This document shows positions 8,982-19,778 of a DNA stretch of 64,000 nucleotides, one piece after another. The notes beneath the pieces were generated by a model. That model searched no databases. It saw nothing but the letters and a program-made list of their open reading frames with translations, and had not been told where the DNA came from. The number at the start of each line of letters is the position of its first letter. The first letter of the stretch is position 1. Source of the DNA: Methanomicrobiales archaeon (GTDB lineage Archaea > Halobacteriota > Methanomicrobia > Methanomicrobiales > Methanospirillaceae). Where the stretch lies: contig JANXYM010000075.1 of the NCBI GenBank assembly GCA_025350045.1, forward strand, positions 1,039 through 65,038. Reading direction: 5' to 3'. The position numbers were made by a program, and so were the translations under genes.

Positions 8982-9725
8982 TCATGGGGGGGATACGGGC
9001 ACAGTATACGTACCCCGGTTACTCTCAAGCGCCCCCTTCATTACCGTCCAGCCGTTATTCCCGCCAAACATCAGGATATTGATCTTTGCCTCATATTCAT
9101 TGAACTGCGGTTCAAAGATCTTCCAGCTGTTCTTTCCCTGCAGGGTGGATATGATGCTGACCGATGCATTCATAGGGGCCTCGTAATCTGCATATACCGG
9201 AACAAGGTACTCATAGCACAGGGGATCTCCACCCGTCCCGGTGTTTTTGTCAGGGCAATCCAGTTTCTGCATCTCCTGCACCGGGCGGAACATAACTCCC
9301 TGTTCAACGGGTGATACGGTATTTATCGCTTCGTTTGAAACCGTGTTGATTGAGAGCCGGATGATAAATGGATGGGTAGGGCTGGTCTCCTTGGGAGGTA
9401 TAATGGTCGGTGTGGTGATCTTTGCAAGGGTTGCTTTTCCGGTATCAAACAGGGTAACTTTCCATTCAGCGGGGAGGCCGTCAATTTCCTGTGCACTGTA
9501 TTGTGCCACAATCGGGGAGTTTCCGGTACGGTCTGCAGGGACCGGGATGAAGAATGTTACATTGGAGAGTGGTGAATCTGTAGAGATCGTGCAACTGTAG
9601 TCATACGTGCTGGATAACGATGTGCGATAAGCAAGTTCCACAAATCCTGTGTAGGATACACTGGCAACAAATGTTACCATAAGAATGATGATTAATCCTG
9701 ACGTGACGCTGATGATTCGATCCAT
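8982..9725 (-). CDS. Hypothetical membrane-anchored/secreted protein
   Basis: 247 aa, N-terminal hydrophobic helix followed by a beta-rich soluble domain. Confidence 0.7.
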   Translation of the reverse strand: MDRIISVTSGLIIILMVTFVASVSYTGFVELAYRTSLSSTYDYSCTISTDSPLSNVTFFIPVPADRTGNSPIVAQYSAQEIDGLPAEWKVTLFDTGKATLAKITTPTIIPPKETSPTHPFIIRLSINTVSNEAINTVSPVEQGVMFRPVQEMQKLDCPDKNTGTGGDPLCYEYLVPVYADYEAPMNASVSIISTLQGKNSWKIFEPQFNEYEAKINILMFGGNNGWTVMKGALESNRGTYTVPVSPP

Positions 9726-9939
9726 TTTTTATCCCCCTGTCATGGTATATGCACCGGAGCATTTTTCAGATTCTTTTTTTTTTAAGTGCTCCTGCCAGAG
9801 CTCCTGTGTATGATGTATTGAGCTATCCGGATTGAATACCTGCCGCAGAATATTTCCTGCAAATAGTCTACAAAAAAGTCTGCGAAAAAACATGCAATGA
9901 TCATCAGACCTTTATGGTTGTACGAAAAAGTGAGTACAA

Positions 9940-11202
9940 ATGGCGCCACCTCCAACTCTCGTACTCCAGAATGTCATGTTACCCTCAGGGCGGGTAGCAG
10001 ATCTCACGCTTGCTGCCGGGAAAGTATCCCATGTGGGTTCGTATAAAGGTGCAGCGGAATTGTGCGATTGCAGGGGCTGTTTTGTGCTCCCGGCCGCAGT
10101 TGATATGCACGTGCATATGCGGGGCGGTGTGCAATCGGCAAAAGAAGACTGGGCGAGTGGAAGTATGAGTGCGATTGCCGGTGGAGTTACAGTCGTTGTT
10201 GACCAGCCCAATACCATTCCTCCTATCACTGCTCCTCATGCATTTGCTGATCGCGTGCATGACGCAAGAAGCCACTCTTACTGCAATTTTGCTATCAACA
10301 GCGGAGTCACTCCGGATACACCCTTAGAATCCCTGTGGGATGCAGGTGCCATGGCATTCGGGGAGATCTTTCATGCCCCTTCCAGTTATGGCGATGCAAT
10401 TGACGGCGTTGCTCTGGAGGCGGCACTGGGTCGTATTCAGAAACTGGGCGGGCTTGCAACCATCCATGCTGAACGTATCGGCCCCGCTCCTGATACCGAC
10501 CTTATAACGCATGGTCTAGTCCGCTCTGCCCTGGGTGAAGCAGAAGCGGTCCGAACGGTACAGTTCCTGAATCGCAGTGAATGCCGGCTGCATTTCTGCC
10601 ATATGAGTTCCGTCCGTTCTGTCGATGCAGTCGCGGGTTCGGTTGAGGTTACCCCCCATCACCTGTTCCTGTCGCAGGAGCAGTTCGACAAAAACGACAC
10701 CTTCGGAAAAGTAAATCCCCCGCTCCGTACGGAAATGGAGCGAAAAGGGCTCTGGGAGCGATGGGGAAAGATCGATGTCATTGCGTCCGATCATGCACCT
10801 CACACGAGAGACGAAAAAGCCCGGGATTTCCCTGATGCACCTTCAGGTATTCCAGGTGTTGAAACCATGGTGCCCCTGCTGCTTGCACAGGTCATTGCCA
10901 AAAAGATCGATCTTGCATCTGTCATGGAAAAGACATCTTATGCCCCTGCCCGCCTGCTGGGAATTCCCCGTGCAGGATTTGAGGTGGGGGACCGGGCTGA
11001 CTTTGCCATCTACGCAAAAAAGACAGGGCCGATTCAGGGCCAGTCGCTGCACAGCAGGTGCGGCTGGACACCCTTTGAAGGACAGAAAGCCATATTCCCC
11101 AACATGGTGGTGATGAACGGTTCGATCGCATATCTTGGAGGGGAATTCACCCGCCAGGAACCAACGTGGTTTGCGGGAAAAGGGTTCAACCCAAATCATT
11201 GA
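9940..11202 (+). CDS. pyrC: Dihydroorotase (type I, amidohydrolase)
   Basis: 'DMHVHMR', 'QPNT', 'EVTPHHL', 'KVNPPLR', 'ASDHAPH'. Confidence 0.93.
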   Translation: MAPPPTLVLQNVMLPSGRVADLTLAAGKVSHVGSYKGAAELCDCRGCFVLPAAVDMHVHMRGGVQSAKEDWASGSMSAIAGGVTVVVDQPNTIPPITAPHAFADRVHDARSHSYCNFAINSGVTPDTPLESLWDAGAMAFGEIFHAPSSYGDAIDGVALEAALGRIQKLGGLATIHAERIGPAPDTDLITHGLVRSALGEAEAVRTVQFLNRSECRLHFCHMSSVRSVDAVAGSVEVTPHHLFLSQEQFDKNDTFGKVNPPLRTEMERKGLWERWGKIDVIASDHAPHTRDEKARDFPDAPSGIPGVETMVPLLLAQVIAKKIDLASVMEKTSYAPARLLGIPRAGFEVGDRADFAIYAKKTGPIQGQSLHSRCGWTPFEGQKAIFPNMVVMNGSIAYLGGEFTRQEPTWFAGKGFNPNH

Positions 11203-11477
11203 CAAAAAATGGTTGACAGCATCACCATGCCATGTCGGGTTTTACCCTTTCCCCAAGTGCTAAATATCTTAAAACACGATGTATCTGATGCCGATACAGC
11301 GCAGCCATAGGTCCCCGGGTGATCGATTGACAAGCGTCTGGATATGATCCATGGGACAACCCGGTTGCGCGACAGGCATACGCCCGGCAAGGGTTTAAAC
11401 ACAGGTGAAGAACGGCAGCAACCACTGGTGATCCATGTGCGTTATTGCCGGGCAACATTCTTATTAGCAGTTTTCCT

Positions 11478-11795
11478 ATGCCCGATATCGCGGATGCTCT
11501 TGTGGAAGAGCGCAACGGTACAATTATTTCTCTCGATGTTACTGCCGGAGCCAGGGCAGAACTCTTTCCTGCAGGATATAATGAATGGCGAAAAGCAATT
11601 GGCTGTCGGGTTACGGCACAGGCGCTTGAAGGAAAGGCCAACAAAGCCATTGTTGCCCTGATTGCTGAGTCTCTTGATCTGCCAGCATCATCGATCAGCA
11701 TCCAGTCCGGTGCAACCTCCTCGCAGAAGCGTGTGCTTATCGCTGGTATTGCGAAGAACGATCTTCTTTTACGGCTCAATTCACCCGGTAAATAA
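11478..11795 (+). CDS. UPF0235/DUF167 family protein
   Basis: 'V.A.ALEGKANKAI', 'GATSSQKRV'; start trimmed to ATG 11478. Confidence 0.85.
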   Translation: MPDIADALVEERNGTIISLDVTAGARAELFPAGYNEWRKAIGCRVTAQALEGKANKAIVALIAESLDLPASSISIQSGATSSQKRVLIAGIAKNDLLLRLNSPGK

Positions 11796-11984
11796 TTCTA
11801 TTGCCTTTTTATCGTGCCCGGTTCATTTGAAATTTCCTTCATGTTATGGACATTATCGATCGTCCACCCCCCGGTTTTTCCGGTGTGTTTAAAGCATGCC
11901 CTTAAGTAATTTTACAGGATATATATAACATATACCTATGATCAGGCATTTCATCTATCGCATGATACATGGGGGTGCGTTTAC

Positions 11985-13217
11985 GTGTATTCAACAGATA
12001 CTACCAAGTACCTTATTCACATCAGCCTCGCAGCAGAGGGGGTGGTCGAGAAACCCGATGTAGTCGGTGCCATTTTCGGGCAGACTGAAGGGTTACTCGG
12101 CGAAGACCTTGACCTGCGGGATCTTCAGAGAACAGGACGTGTCGGACGAATTGATGTCCAGATAATGAGCAAAAAAGGCGAGACCAAGGGAGAGATTCTG
12201 ATCTCTTCTTCTCTTGACCGTGCGGAAACGGCAATTCTTGCTGCATCGCTTGAGACAATCGACCGTGTTGGTCCCTGCGTAGCGCATGTGGTAGTCGAGT
12301 CCATTGAGGATATTCGTGTCTGCAAGCGAAAGAAGATAGTCGAGCGGGCGAAGGTGCTGCTTATCGAGCGGTTTGATGACGGTACCATTGACAGCGACGT
12401 ATTGCTGGATGACGTCCGTGAGTGTCTTCGCATGGAAAAGATCGGTTCCATCGGGGAAGAGAAAGTGCCTGCTGGTCCCAATGTGCTGGAATCGGATGCG
12501 ATCATAGTCGTTGAGGGCCGGGCAGATGTGTTGAACCTTCTTCGCTTCGGAATAAAAAATGCCGTAGCTGTGGAAGGAACCAATATCCCAAAGACCGTTG
12601 TTGAGCTCTGCGAGAAGAAGACGGCTACTGCCTTTTTCGATGGAGATCGCGGCGGTGAATTGATCCTGCGGGAGCTGTTACAGGTCGTTGACATTGATTT
12701 TGTCGCATTTTCGCCCAAGGGAAAGAGTGTCGAGGATATGACCAGAAAAGAGGTTATCAAGACCCTGCGCAACAAAGTCCCTGTCGAATACGTTCGTGAC
12801 CAGTATTATGAAGATGCAGCTGAACTGCCTGCAGAACTCCGTATAACCCGGGGCAGTTCGGACGAGTCGGATTCTTCAGGAAAAAAGACCCGTCCTGCTC
12901 CTCCCTCAAAGCGTCCCTCTGACGGGACAAAAGGCCCTCTTACGCTCCGGGACCATATCGATGATGTTAAAGGCCACAGTCTTGCCCGGTTTCTTACCGA
13001 TGATCTGACGGTGGTAAAAGAACTGCGCCCGGATGAAGTGGAAAAAGCGATTGAAACCCTTGATGGCACGGTCAGTGGTCTTGTTGTTGATCGCCCTGTG
13101 GACCAGAAACTGCTGGACCGGCTGGTCTGGAAAGGACTCTCCTATGTAGCGGCAAAAGACTTCAAGGGCGTTATAAAACGACCGCTTTCAATCCAGTTAC
13201 TGAAAATGGGTATCTAA
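11985..13217 (+). CDS. dnaG: Archaeal DnaG (TOPRIM; exosome-associated)
   Basis: '[21 protein letters not shown]', 'IVVEGRADV', '[11 protein letters not shown]'. Confidence 0.97.
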   Translation: MYSTDTTKYLIHISLAAEGVVEKPDVVGAIFGQTEGLLGEDLDLRDLQRTGRVGRIDVQIMSKKGETKGEILISSSLDRAETAILAASLETIDRVGPCVAHVVVESIEDIRVCKRKKIVERAKVLLIERFDDGTIDSDVLLDDVRECLRMEKIGSIGEEKVPAGPNVLESDAIIVVEGRADVLNLLRFGIKNAVAVEGTNIPKTVVELCEKKTATAFFDGDRGGELILRELLQVVDIDFVAFSPKGKSVEDMTRKEVIKTLRNKVPVEYVRDQYYEDAAELPAELRITRGSSDESDSSGKKTRPAPPSKRPSDGTKGPLTLRDHIDDVKGHSLARFLTDDLTVVKELRPDEVEKAIETLDGTVSGLVVDRPVDQKLLDRLVWKGLSYVAAKDFKGVIKRPLSIQLLKMGI

Positions 13218-13279
13218 TTTTATCCCCACGCAAATTTATTTATCCTGCATAAAACCATGTTACTGTCTGGAGTGGTAAC

Positions 13280-13561
13280 ATGCACAAAGAGGAACTGATC
13301 AATCTTCATAAGATGCTCTCAGAAGTCAAAGACTATTTTGAAGAGATCAATCCTGAACTGAAATTTTCCCAGTACACCTCGTTAAAGATTACGCCTTCCC
13401 AGCAGCACAAGAGCAAGATGGAGCACAAGTACGCGATATTTGTGCTGGGGACCGAGATTGCCAATGCCATGAAGGAAGTTGATTATTCCTCCTCAAGCCG
13501 GATATCAGCACGCATGAAGGAGCTTGCTGATAAGACTCTCAAAGAGATGGATGAGTCTTGA
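13280..13561 (+). CDS. UPF0058 family protein
   Basis: 'MHKEELINLH', 'HKSKMEHKYAIFVLG'. Confidence 0.85.
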   Translation: MHKEELINLHKMLSEVKDYFEEINPELKFSQYTSLKITPSQQHKSKMEHKYAIFVLGTEIANAMKEVDYSSSSRISARMKELADKTLKEMDES

Positions 13562-13693
13562 TACCCTTTTTTGTGCCCTGCTGGTTATTTTAGTGTGGTT
13601 TATGGTTGAGTTCGTCTCCTTATATGCATCACTTTTTTTTGGTTTTTCTGCCGTGAAGATATGTTGAAATCCGATGAAAGCGGATGATCGTCC

Positions 13694-14629
13694 ATGCAGT
13701 ACTTCACGGATACCGAGAAATATATCGATCTTCAGGAAGTGAATACAGCAATCGAGACCGCATTTGCGGATCACGGGAGAGGAGTCGTCCAGATGCCCCC
13801 GAAAATGTACATAACTCTTCCCGACGGGGACTTCCGGTCCATGCCTGCATACCTTCCCTCTCTCTCTCTTGCCGGGGTAAAAATAGTCAATGTGCATCCC
13901 AATAACCCGGCACACGGCCTTCTTACGGTGATGGCCCTGACCGTGATTCTCGATATAGCAACGGGTATTCCTGTGGCAATTCTCAATGCAACAAAACTGA
14001 CTGATATGCGCACCGGTGCGGCGGGTGCAGTTGCGGCGAAATACCTCGCTTCAAAAAAAGAGATCGTCCTGGGTCTGATCGGTACCGGGAGGCAGGCGGA
14101 AGCACAGTATCAGGCAATCTCACAGGAGCTTGATATTTATGAGATCAAATGCTGGAGCAGGAATTCCCTGCATGCAGAAAAATTTGCCCAGGCAGTTACC
14201 GGCCATGATAGCCGCAGCGTTCCTTTGGAAAAAGCGTGCGACTGTGATGTCCTTGTCACGACCACGCCTTCCCGCACACCCATTGTCAGAAGCGAGTGGG
14301 TGCAGGACGGAACCCACATCAATGCCATTGGCGCTGATGCGCCGGGGAAACAGGAACTCGATCCCCTCCTGCTCATGCGGGGACAAGTATTTGTCGACGA
14401 TATGTCTCAGGCAGTTCACTCAGGAGAAGTGAATGTGCCCATCAGCCGGGGGATCTTCCATACGGAAGATATCGCAGGCACGCTGGGTGAAGTTGTTATA
14501 GGGATGAAGCAGCGCAGGAGTCCGGACCAGATTACCATCTTCGACTCCACGGGACTTGCCATTCAGGATCTGGCTATTGCAGCGATCGCAATGCGCAACG
14601 GACGGGCAATTGACCTTCCGTTTCCCTGA
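13694..14629 (+). CDS. Ornithine cyclodeaminase/mu-crystallin family; probable archaeal alanine dehydrogenase
   Basis: 'QMPPK', 'KIVNVHP', 'LTDMRTGAAG', 'GTHINAIGAD', 'FDSTGLAIQD'. Confidence 0.85.
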   Translation: MQYFTDTEKYIDLQEVNTAIETAFADHGRGVVQMPPKMYITLPDGDFRSMPAYLPSLSLAGVKIVNVHPNNPAHGLLTVMALTVILDIATGIPVAILNATKLTDMRTGAAGAVAAKYLASKKEIVLGLIGTGRQAEAQYQAISQELDIYEIKCWSRNSLHAEKFAQAVTGHDSRSVPLEKACDCDVLVTTTPSRTPIVRSEWVQDGTHINAIGADAPGKQELDPLLLMRGQVFVDDMSQAVHSGEVNVPISRGIFHTEDIAGTLGEVVIGMKQRRSPDQITIFDSTGLAIQDLAIAAIAMRNGRAIDLPFP

Positions 14630-14658
14630 ATCTCTTAAAAAAACAGGACGGTGGATCC

Positions 14659-16125
14659 CTACTCTTCAGGCTTTTTTGCGTGTTTCTTCCAGATCTGTTC
14701 CCGGTACACGGGTCCGCTGTTATAGGTACAGAATGGAATCAGGGTACCGTCAGGTGTTGCATAGTGTATACAGCACCGCTGGACCCGGTCGAGATCATAA
14801 TTATACCGGTCCATGAAATGCATGGTGCCGATAAAGAGCGCGTTCCAGTGGAATTCCCTGAGAGCATCGAAGTTCTGCCCGATCAGTGTTTTTCCTATGA
14901 TCTTCCAGAATTCGGCAGTGTTACGATTCTCTCCCCTCTGCACAGAATCGTGCATGCTTTTGACACCTTCCAGCAGCGCCTTGTATTTATTGATAGTGCC
15001 ACCTTTTTTGATGGTCTCTGTCATCTGTTCGATCGATGCAAAGAAGCTCTCAACATCAACCATCCGGTTTACCGGTACGATCCCTGCCTCCTGGACGAAT
15101 ACGTAGGTGGCAGCACCGCAGTGGGGGTGGGCAGTGAAACGCACCTGTGGCTTACCGGTGTAGGCTTCCACCAGATCGGAGAACGGGAGCACACAGGGAA
15201 TGGGATAAAAATCATCTTTTTTGATGATACCCTGTGTCTGCTCTTCAATATCAGCCAGGACTTCAGGTATGGTGATACGGGATTTCTTGATATCGTCATC
15301 ACTTGCCGCACCGGTAAATGCTACCGGCTGGAAATTGATACCCCGGATAACCGATATGTTATCCACGGCAAATCTGATGATATCTCCAATCTCATGATCA
15401 TTTTTACCCCGGATTATCGTAGGAACAAGAACGAGGCCAAGTTTCACCCTTTTTAAATTTTCTACCGCTTTCTGGTGAATTGCCAAAAAAGGGTTTGTTA
15501 TTGGGGTGACCCCGTCGAAGTGCAGGTATACTGTGTTAAGTCCTGCGTCCTTGAGTTCCTGCGCATACTCCGGCTCCTTTGCAAGACGCACACCATTGGA
15601 AGCGATCTGCACCTGGGGAAAGCCAATCTCTTTTGCCTTCCTGATGATCTGTGACAGATCCTCTCTCATGGTAGGCTCGCCACCCGAAAACTGGACCGCG
15701 GGAGCAGGGACCGGTTTTTGATCCCTGAGAAGCGTTAACATCTTTATGATCTCATCAAAAGTCGGCTCGTAGACAAACCCGCAGGCCCGTGCGTTTGCAA
15801 AACAGAATTCGCAGTCCAGGTTGCAGCGGTTGGTGAGATCGATATTGGCCAGCAGCGTATGAGAGTGGTGGTTGTTGCAGAGCCCGCAGGATGAAGGGCA
15901 GTTTTCCGGAGGAGCGATATTCTGGGGATTTGATACCCCCGAACCTATGGCATCGTACTTTTCAAACCGGTGATACATTGCGGGATCTGCCCAGTAGAGA
16001 TTCTTAAAATCCCCGTGCTCCCTGCACGTCCTTTCCAGCCAGATCTTTCCCTCCTCTTCTACGATCTCCGCATCAATTACCGTATTGCATGTAGGGCAAA
16101 GAGTTCGGGTCTTTTTTATCTTCAT
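14659..16125 (-). CDS. tes: Radical SAM tetraether lipid synthase (Tes/GDGT macrocycle synthase, MJ0619-like)
   Basis: N-terminal CPTC...CREH site, 'CPSSCGLC', radical SAM 'CNLDCEFC', 'HPHCG', C-terminal 'RCCIHYATPDG.LIPFC'. Confidence 0.88.
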   Translation of the reverse strand: MKIKKTRTLCPTCNTVIDAEIVEEEGKIWLERTCREHGDFKNLYWADPAMYHRFEKYDAIGSGVSNPQNIAPPENCPSSCGLCNNHHSHTLLANIDLTNRCNLDCEFCFANARACGFVYEPTFDEIIKMLTLLRDQKPVPAPAVQFSGGEPTMREDLSQIIRKAKEIGFPQVQIASNGVRLAKEPEYAQELKDAGLNTVYLHFDGVTPITNPFLAIHQKAVENLKRVKLGLVLVPTIIRGKNDHEIGDIIRFAVDNISVIRGINFQPVAFTGAASDDDIKKSRITIPEVLADIEEQTQGIIKKDDFYPIPCVLPFSDLVEAYTGKPQVRFTAHPHCGAATYVFVQEAGIVPVNRMVDVESFFASIEQMTETIKKGGTINKYKALLEGVKSMHDSVQRGENRNTAEFWKIIGKTLIGQNFDALREFHWNALFIGTMHFMDRYNYDLDRVQRCCIHYATPDGTLIPFCTYNSGPVYREQIWKKHAKKPEE

Positions 16126-16163
16126 TCATTTCACCGGGTACTCACGTTTTTAATTATCCCGCT

Positions 16164-16769
16164 GTGAGTTACCTTAATGTTTTTATCTGCTCTTTATTAG
16201 AGGTATTGGAGTGCACCATTATTAGTATCGACTTCTTCATAATACCGTTGCTTTCTGCGATCTGGATCATGCTTCCTGCATATATCCCCAATCCAGCGGC
16301 TGCTCTTCTCGGGGGGGGCACTCCCATAGATTTCGGAAGAAATTATTCTGACGGGCACAGGATATTTGGGGATGGCAAAACGTTCCGTGGCCTGTTTCTC
16401 GGGGTACTCGCCGGTATACTCACCGGCATACTCCTTATCTGGCTCTCGTCAACATTTGTCCTGACATCCCTTCCCCAGCACACCCTTGCATCGGTATCGC
16501 TCCTTGCGCTTGGAGCCCTGCTCGGGGATCTTGGGAAGAGTTTTCTCAAGCGCAGGATGGGGAAAGTGAGGGGTGAAAAGTGGCCGGTCGCAGACCAGCT
16601 CGATCTGGTCGTCGGGGCATTTATCTTACTGCTCCTGTTCGATCCCGTGTGGCTCTTTGCCTATCTTACCCTTCCCATCCTGATCATTATCCTGATCCTC
16701 ACGGTTGTCCTTCACCGGGCGGTTAATATCATTGGTTATATGTTGGGCATCAAGGAGGTTCCATGGTGA
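16164..16769 (+). CDS. carS: CDP-archaeol synthase (start codon uncertain, probably downstream)
   Basis: 'PAYIPN', 'PIDFG', 'FGDGKTFRG', 'GDLGKSFLKRR', 'DQLD'. Confidence 0.93.
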   Translation: MSYLNVFICSLLEVLECTIISIDFFIIPLLSAIWIMLPAYIPNPAAALLGGGTPIDFGRNYSDGHRIFGDGKTFRGLFLGVLAGILTGILLIWLSSTFVLTSLPQHTLASVSLLALGALLGDLGKSFLKRRMGKVRGEKWPVADQLDLVVGAFILLLLFDPVWLFAYLTLPILIIILILTVVLHRAVNIIGYMLGIKEVPW

Positions 16770-17278
16770 ACGCTATTGCAGCACTGCTTATCCAATACAA
16801 GGCAATTGAAACAGGTGACTTTACTCTGGCATCCGGTGCAAAAAGCACGTACTATATTGATGTGAAAACGGCAGTTACCCATCCAGATCTGCTCAATGCC
16901 ATTGCAAAACTCGTTGCCCAGTCTCATGCATTCGATGTTGTGGCAGGAGTAGCAGTCGGGGGAGTCCCTCTTGCGGTTGCAACGGCACTTGCTGCAAAAA
17001 AACCCTATGCGATCATCCGCGCAGCCGAGAAAAGCCATGGGAAGAAAGAGATGATCATAGGCAATGTCCGGAACAAGCGGGTCCTCCTTATTGAAGATGT
17101 TACTACATCGGGTGGATCCGCGCTGTACGGGATCGAAACCCTTCGCACTGCCGGGGCGCAGGCGGATCGTGTCGTTACGGTAGTGGACCGGGAGCAGGGT
17201 GCAGAAGCGCTGCTCAGCAAACAGGGCATAGAGTTCCTGCCTCTCGTCAGAGTGAGTGAACTGCTAAAACAGAAGTAA
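16763..17278 (+). CDS. pyrE: Orotate phosphoribosyltransferase
   Basis: '[17 protein letters not shown]', PRPP motif '[12 protein letters not shown]'. Confidence 0.96.
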   Translation: MVNAIAALLIQYKAIETGDFTLASGAKSTYYIDVKTAVTHPDLLNAIAKLVAQSHAFDVVAGVAVGGVPLAVATALAAKKPYAIIRAAEKSHGKKEMIIGNVRNKRVLLIEDVTTSGGSALYGIETLRTAGAQADRVVTVVDREQGAEALLSKQGIEFLPLVRVSELLKQK

Positions 17279-17303
17279 TTTTTACGGCCAGCGTACATTA
17301 GAG

Positions 17304-18596
17304 ATGGATATGAAGATCCTTGTTGTGGGCGGGGGAGGAAGGGAGCATGCAATAGCTGCTGCACTCGCCCGCAACCGAAAAACAGTAATCTTTTCCGTGA
17401 TGGCAAAGAATAATCCGGGAATAGCAAAACTTGCTCAAAAGATCCTGCTCTGCAAGGAAACGGACGTTCCCCGTATTGTCGCCTTTGCCCGGGAGAACGG
17501 TATCGAATATGCCTTTATAGGTCCCGAATCTCCGCTTGAAGCGGGGATTGTCGACGCATTGGAATCAGTGAATATTCCCTGTGTCGGACCAACCAAAGCC
17601 GCTGCACGCATTGAGACCGATAAAGGGTTTTGTCGCAGGCTGATGGAGGAGCATCAGATCGAGGGATGCCCGAAGTACCGTCTCTGCCAGAACAGTGCTG
17701 AAGCGATCACGTTCATCCAAGAGCACGAGGGTGATCTGGTAATAAAACCGACAGGCCTCACCGGGGGAAAAGGGGTCAAGATTATGGGCGAGCAGGTGGA
17801 TCGGGCAGGTGCGATCGCCTACGCAGCAACGATTAACGGCAGTATCATTCTCGAAGAGCGCCTTATCGGTGAAGAGTTCACCCTTCAGGCCTTTGTCGAT
17901 GGCACTCATCTTATTCCCATGCCCCTTGTCCAGGATCACAAGCGGGCATTTGACGGCGACACCGGGCCAAACACAGGAGGCATGGGTTCGTATACCATGC
18001 CTGACCATATGCTCCCCTTTGTCATGAAAACAGAGTACTCCCGTGCGTTTGGGATAATGCAGGCGACTATTGATGCCCTGGCGAGGGCCGGACACCCCTA
18101 TAAGGGAATTCTCTATGGCCAGTTTATGAATACTGCCCATGGTCCGAAAGTCATAGAGTTCAATGCCCGGTTCGGCGATCCCGAAGCAATGAATGTTCTG
18201 TCGCTGCTCACCTCTGACCTTGCGGAAATTATGGTGAAAATCATAAGCGGGACACTCACCTCAGCTCACGTCACGTTTGAAAAGAAAGCTACGGTCTGCA
18301 AATACCTGGTACCGGAAGGTTATCCCGATGCTCCCCATGCCGGGGATCCGATTCATGTGGAGGGTACCCACAGGGCGATCACCTATTATGCAAATGTTGA
18401 AGAGCAGAACGGTTCGCTCATCACGCTGACATCCCGCACCCTTGCATTTGTTGGAATGGGCGATACGCTGGAAGCCGCTGAACGCATTGCAGAGCATGCA
18501 GCTGGATCAGTCAGGGGTTCCGTGCGATACCGGAAAGATATCGGTACTGAGAAGTTACTGAGCCAGCGTATCGCGCACATGAAGGAGTTACGATGA
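17304..18596 (+). CDS. purD: Phosphoribosylamine--glycine ligase
   Basis: 'GGGGREHA', 'QDHKR', 'GPNTGGMG', '[10 protein letters not shown]'. Confidence 0.97.
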   Translation: MDMKILVVGGGGREHAIAAALARNRKTVIFSVMAKNNPGIAKLAQKILLCKETDVPRIVAFARENGIEYAFIGPESPLEAGIVDALESVNIPCVGPTKAAARIETDKGFCRRLMEEHQIEGCPKYRLCQNSAEAITFIQEHEGDLVIKPTGLTGGKGVKIMGEQVDRAGAIAYAATINGSIILEERLIGEEFTLQAFVDGTHLIPMPLVQDHKRAFDGDTGPNTGGMGSYTMPDHMLPFVMKTEYSRAFGIMQATIDALARAGHPYKGILYGQFMNTAHGPKVIEFNARFGDPEAMNVLSLLTSDLAEIMVKIISGTLTSAHVTFEKKATVCKYLVPEGYPDAPHAGDPIHVEGTHRAITYYANVEEQNGSLITLTSRTLAFVGMGDTLEAAERIAEHAAGSVRGSVRYRKDIGTEKLLSQRIAHMKELR

Positions 18597-19504
18597 ATAA
18601 GGATTTTCTTTCAATTCTGGATATCAGCAAAACCGAGCTGGAACAGATTCTCTCTGAAGCTAAACATCTCAAGGCGCTGAAGAACCAGGGGGTAGTTCAC
18701 GATTTACTGCGGGGAAAAAGCCTCGCCATGATCTTTGAGAAGTCATCGACTCGTACCCATATTTCATTTGAAGTTGGTATGAATGAGCTGGGTGGCCATG
18801 CCCTGTTTTTGAATGCCCGGGATATGCAGATATGGCGGGGTGAAGAGATCCGGGATACTGCCCGGGCAGCATCCCGCTATGTATCCGGCATCATGATCCG
18901 GGCCTATAAACACAGCACGATCGAAGAATTTGCCCGGTTTGCCACAATACCGGTCATCAACGGTCTCTCCGATCTCGAACACCCCTGCCAGTTACTTGCC
19001 GATATCATGACCATGCAGGAGCATTTCGGGTCAACAAACGAGCTAAAGGTGGCATGGGTTGGCGATGGTAATAATGTCTGTAATTCACTGATCCTCTCTA
19101 CCGTCCTTACCGGGTATTCCGTGACCGTGGCAACCCCTCACGGATATGAATCCTCAGAAGAGATCGTGAAAAAGGCACGCTCACTTGGCGGGAAAGTATC
19201 CCTGCTCAAAAGTCCTGAGCAGGCGGTTAAGGATGCCCATGTCATTGTTACGGATACCTGGGTGTCCATGGGCGATGATGCGGAAAGGGATGAGCGCCTG
19301 AAGACCTTCTCGGGTTATACGGTTGATGCAGATCTTATGCGGCACGCGTCTCCGGATGCACGGGTACTCCACTGTCTTCCAGCACACCGTGGCGAGGAGA
19401 TCGCCGATGAAGTGATGGAAGGCGGCCAGAGTCTTGTCTGGGATGAGGCAGAAAACCGGCTGCATGCCCAGAAAGCCTTACTCGTGCGACTGCTGAAAAA
19501 ATAA
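18593..19504 (+). CDS. argF: Ornithine carbamoyltransferase
   Basis: 'FEKSSTRT', 'HPCQ', 'GDGNNV', 'WVSMG', 'LHCLPAHRG'. Confidence 0.97.
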   Translation: MNKDFLSILDISKTELEQILSEAKHLKALKNQGVVHDLLRGKSLAMIFEKSSTRTHISFEVGMNELGGHALFLNARDMQIWRGEEIRDTARAASRYVSGIMIRAYKHSTIEEFARFATIPVINGLSDLEHPCQLLADIMTMQEHFGSTNELKVAWVGDGNNVCNSLILSTVLTGYSVTVATPHGYESSEEIVKKARSLGGKVSLLKSPEQAVKDAHVIVTDTWVSMGDDAERDERLKTFSGYTVDADLMRHASPDARVLHCLPAHRGEEIADEVMEGGQSLVWDEAENRLHAQKALLVRLLKK

Positions 19505-19524
19505 AAAAAAGTATTTTTATCTTG

Positions 19525-19764
19525 TTACTTATTGGTAACGAATTTATTCAGTTCATCACGCAAATAGACCTCAACATTCTGCATGACTTCAAGTTTACCC
19601 CGGAATGCGAGGAGATCCCGCTCATCCCCTTCCATATTGGCAAATTTGATCTTCTCCCTCCTATCTACAACTTCCACTTCGAATTTGTTCGTGATATCGA
19701 AAATGATCTTCTGGGGAACTCCGGGGGGGATGACAATATCGAATAACTGCTCTTCATCGGTCAT
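19525..19764 (-). CDS. Small conserved-looking hypothetical protein
   Basis: 79 aa, acidic, directly downstream of and co-oriented with marker protein 14. Confidence 0.75.
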   Translation of the reverse strand: MTDEEQLFDIVIPPGVPQKIIFDITNKFEVEVVDRREKIKFANMEGDERDLLAFRGKLEVMQNVEVYLRDELNKFVTNK

Positions 19765-19778
19765 GGTATATCACACAT

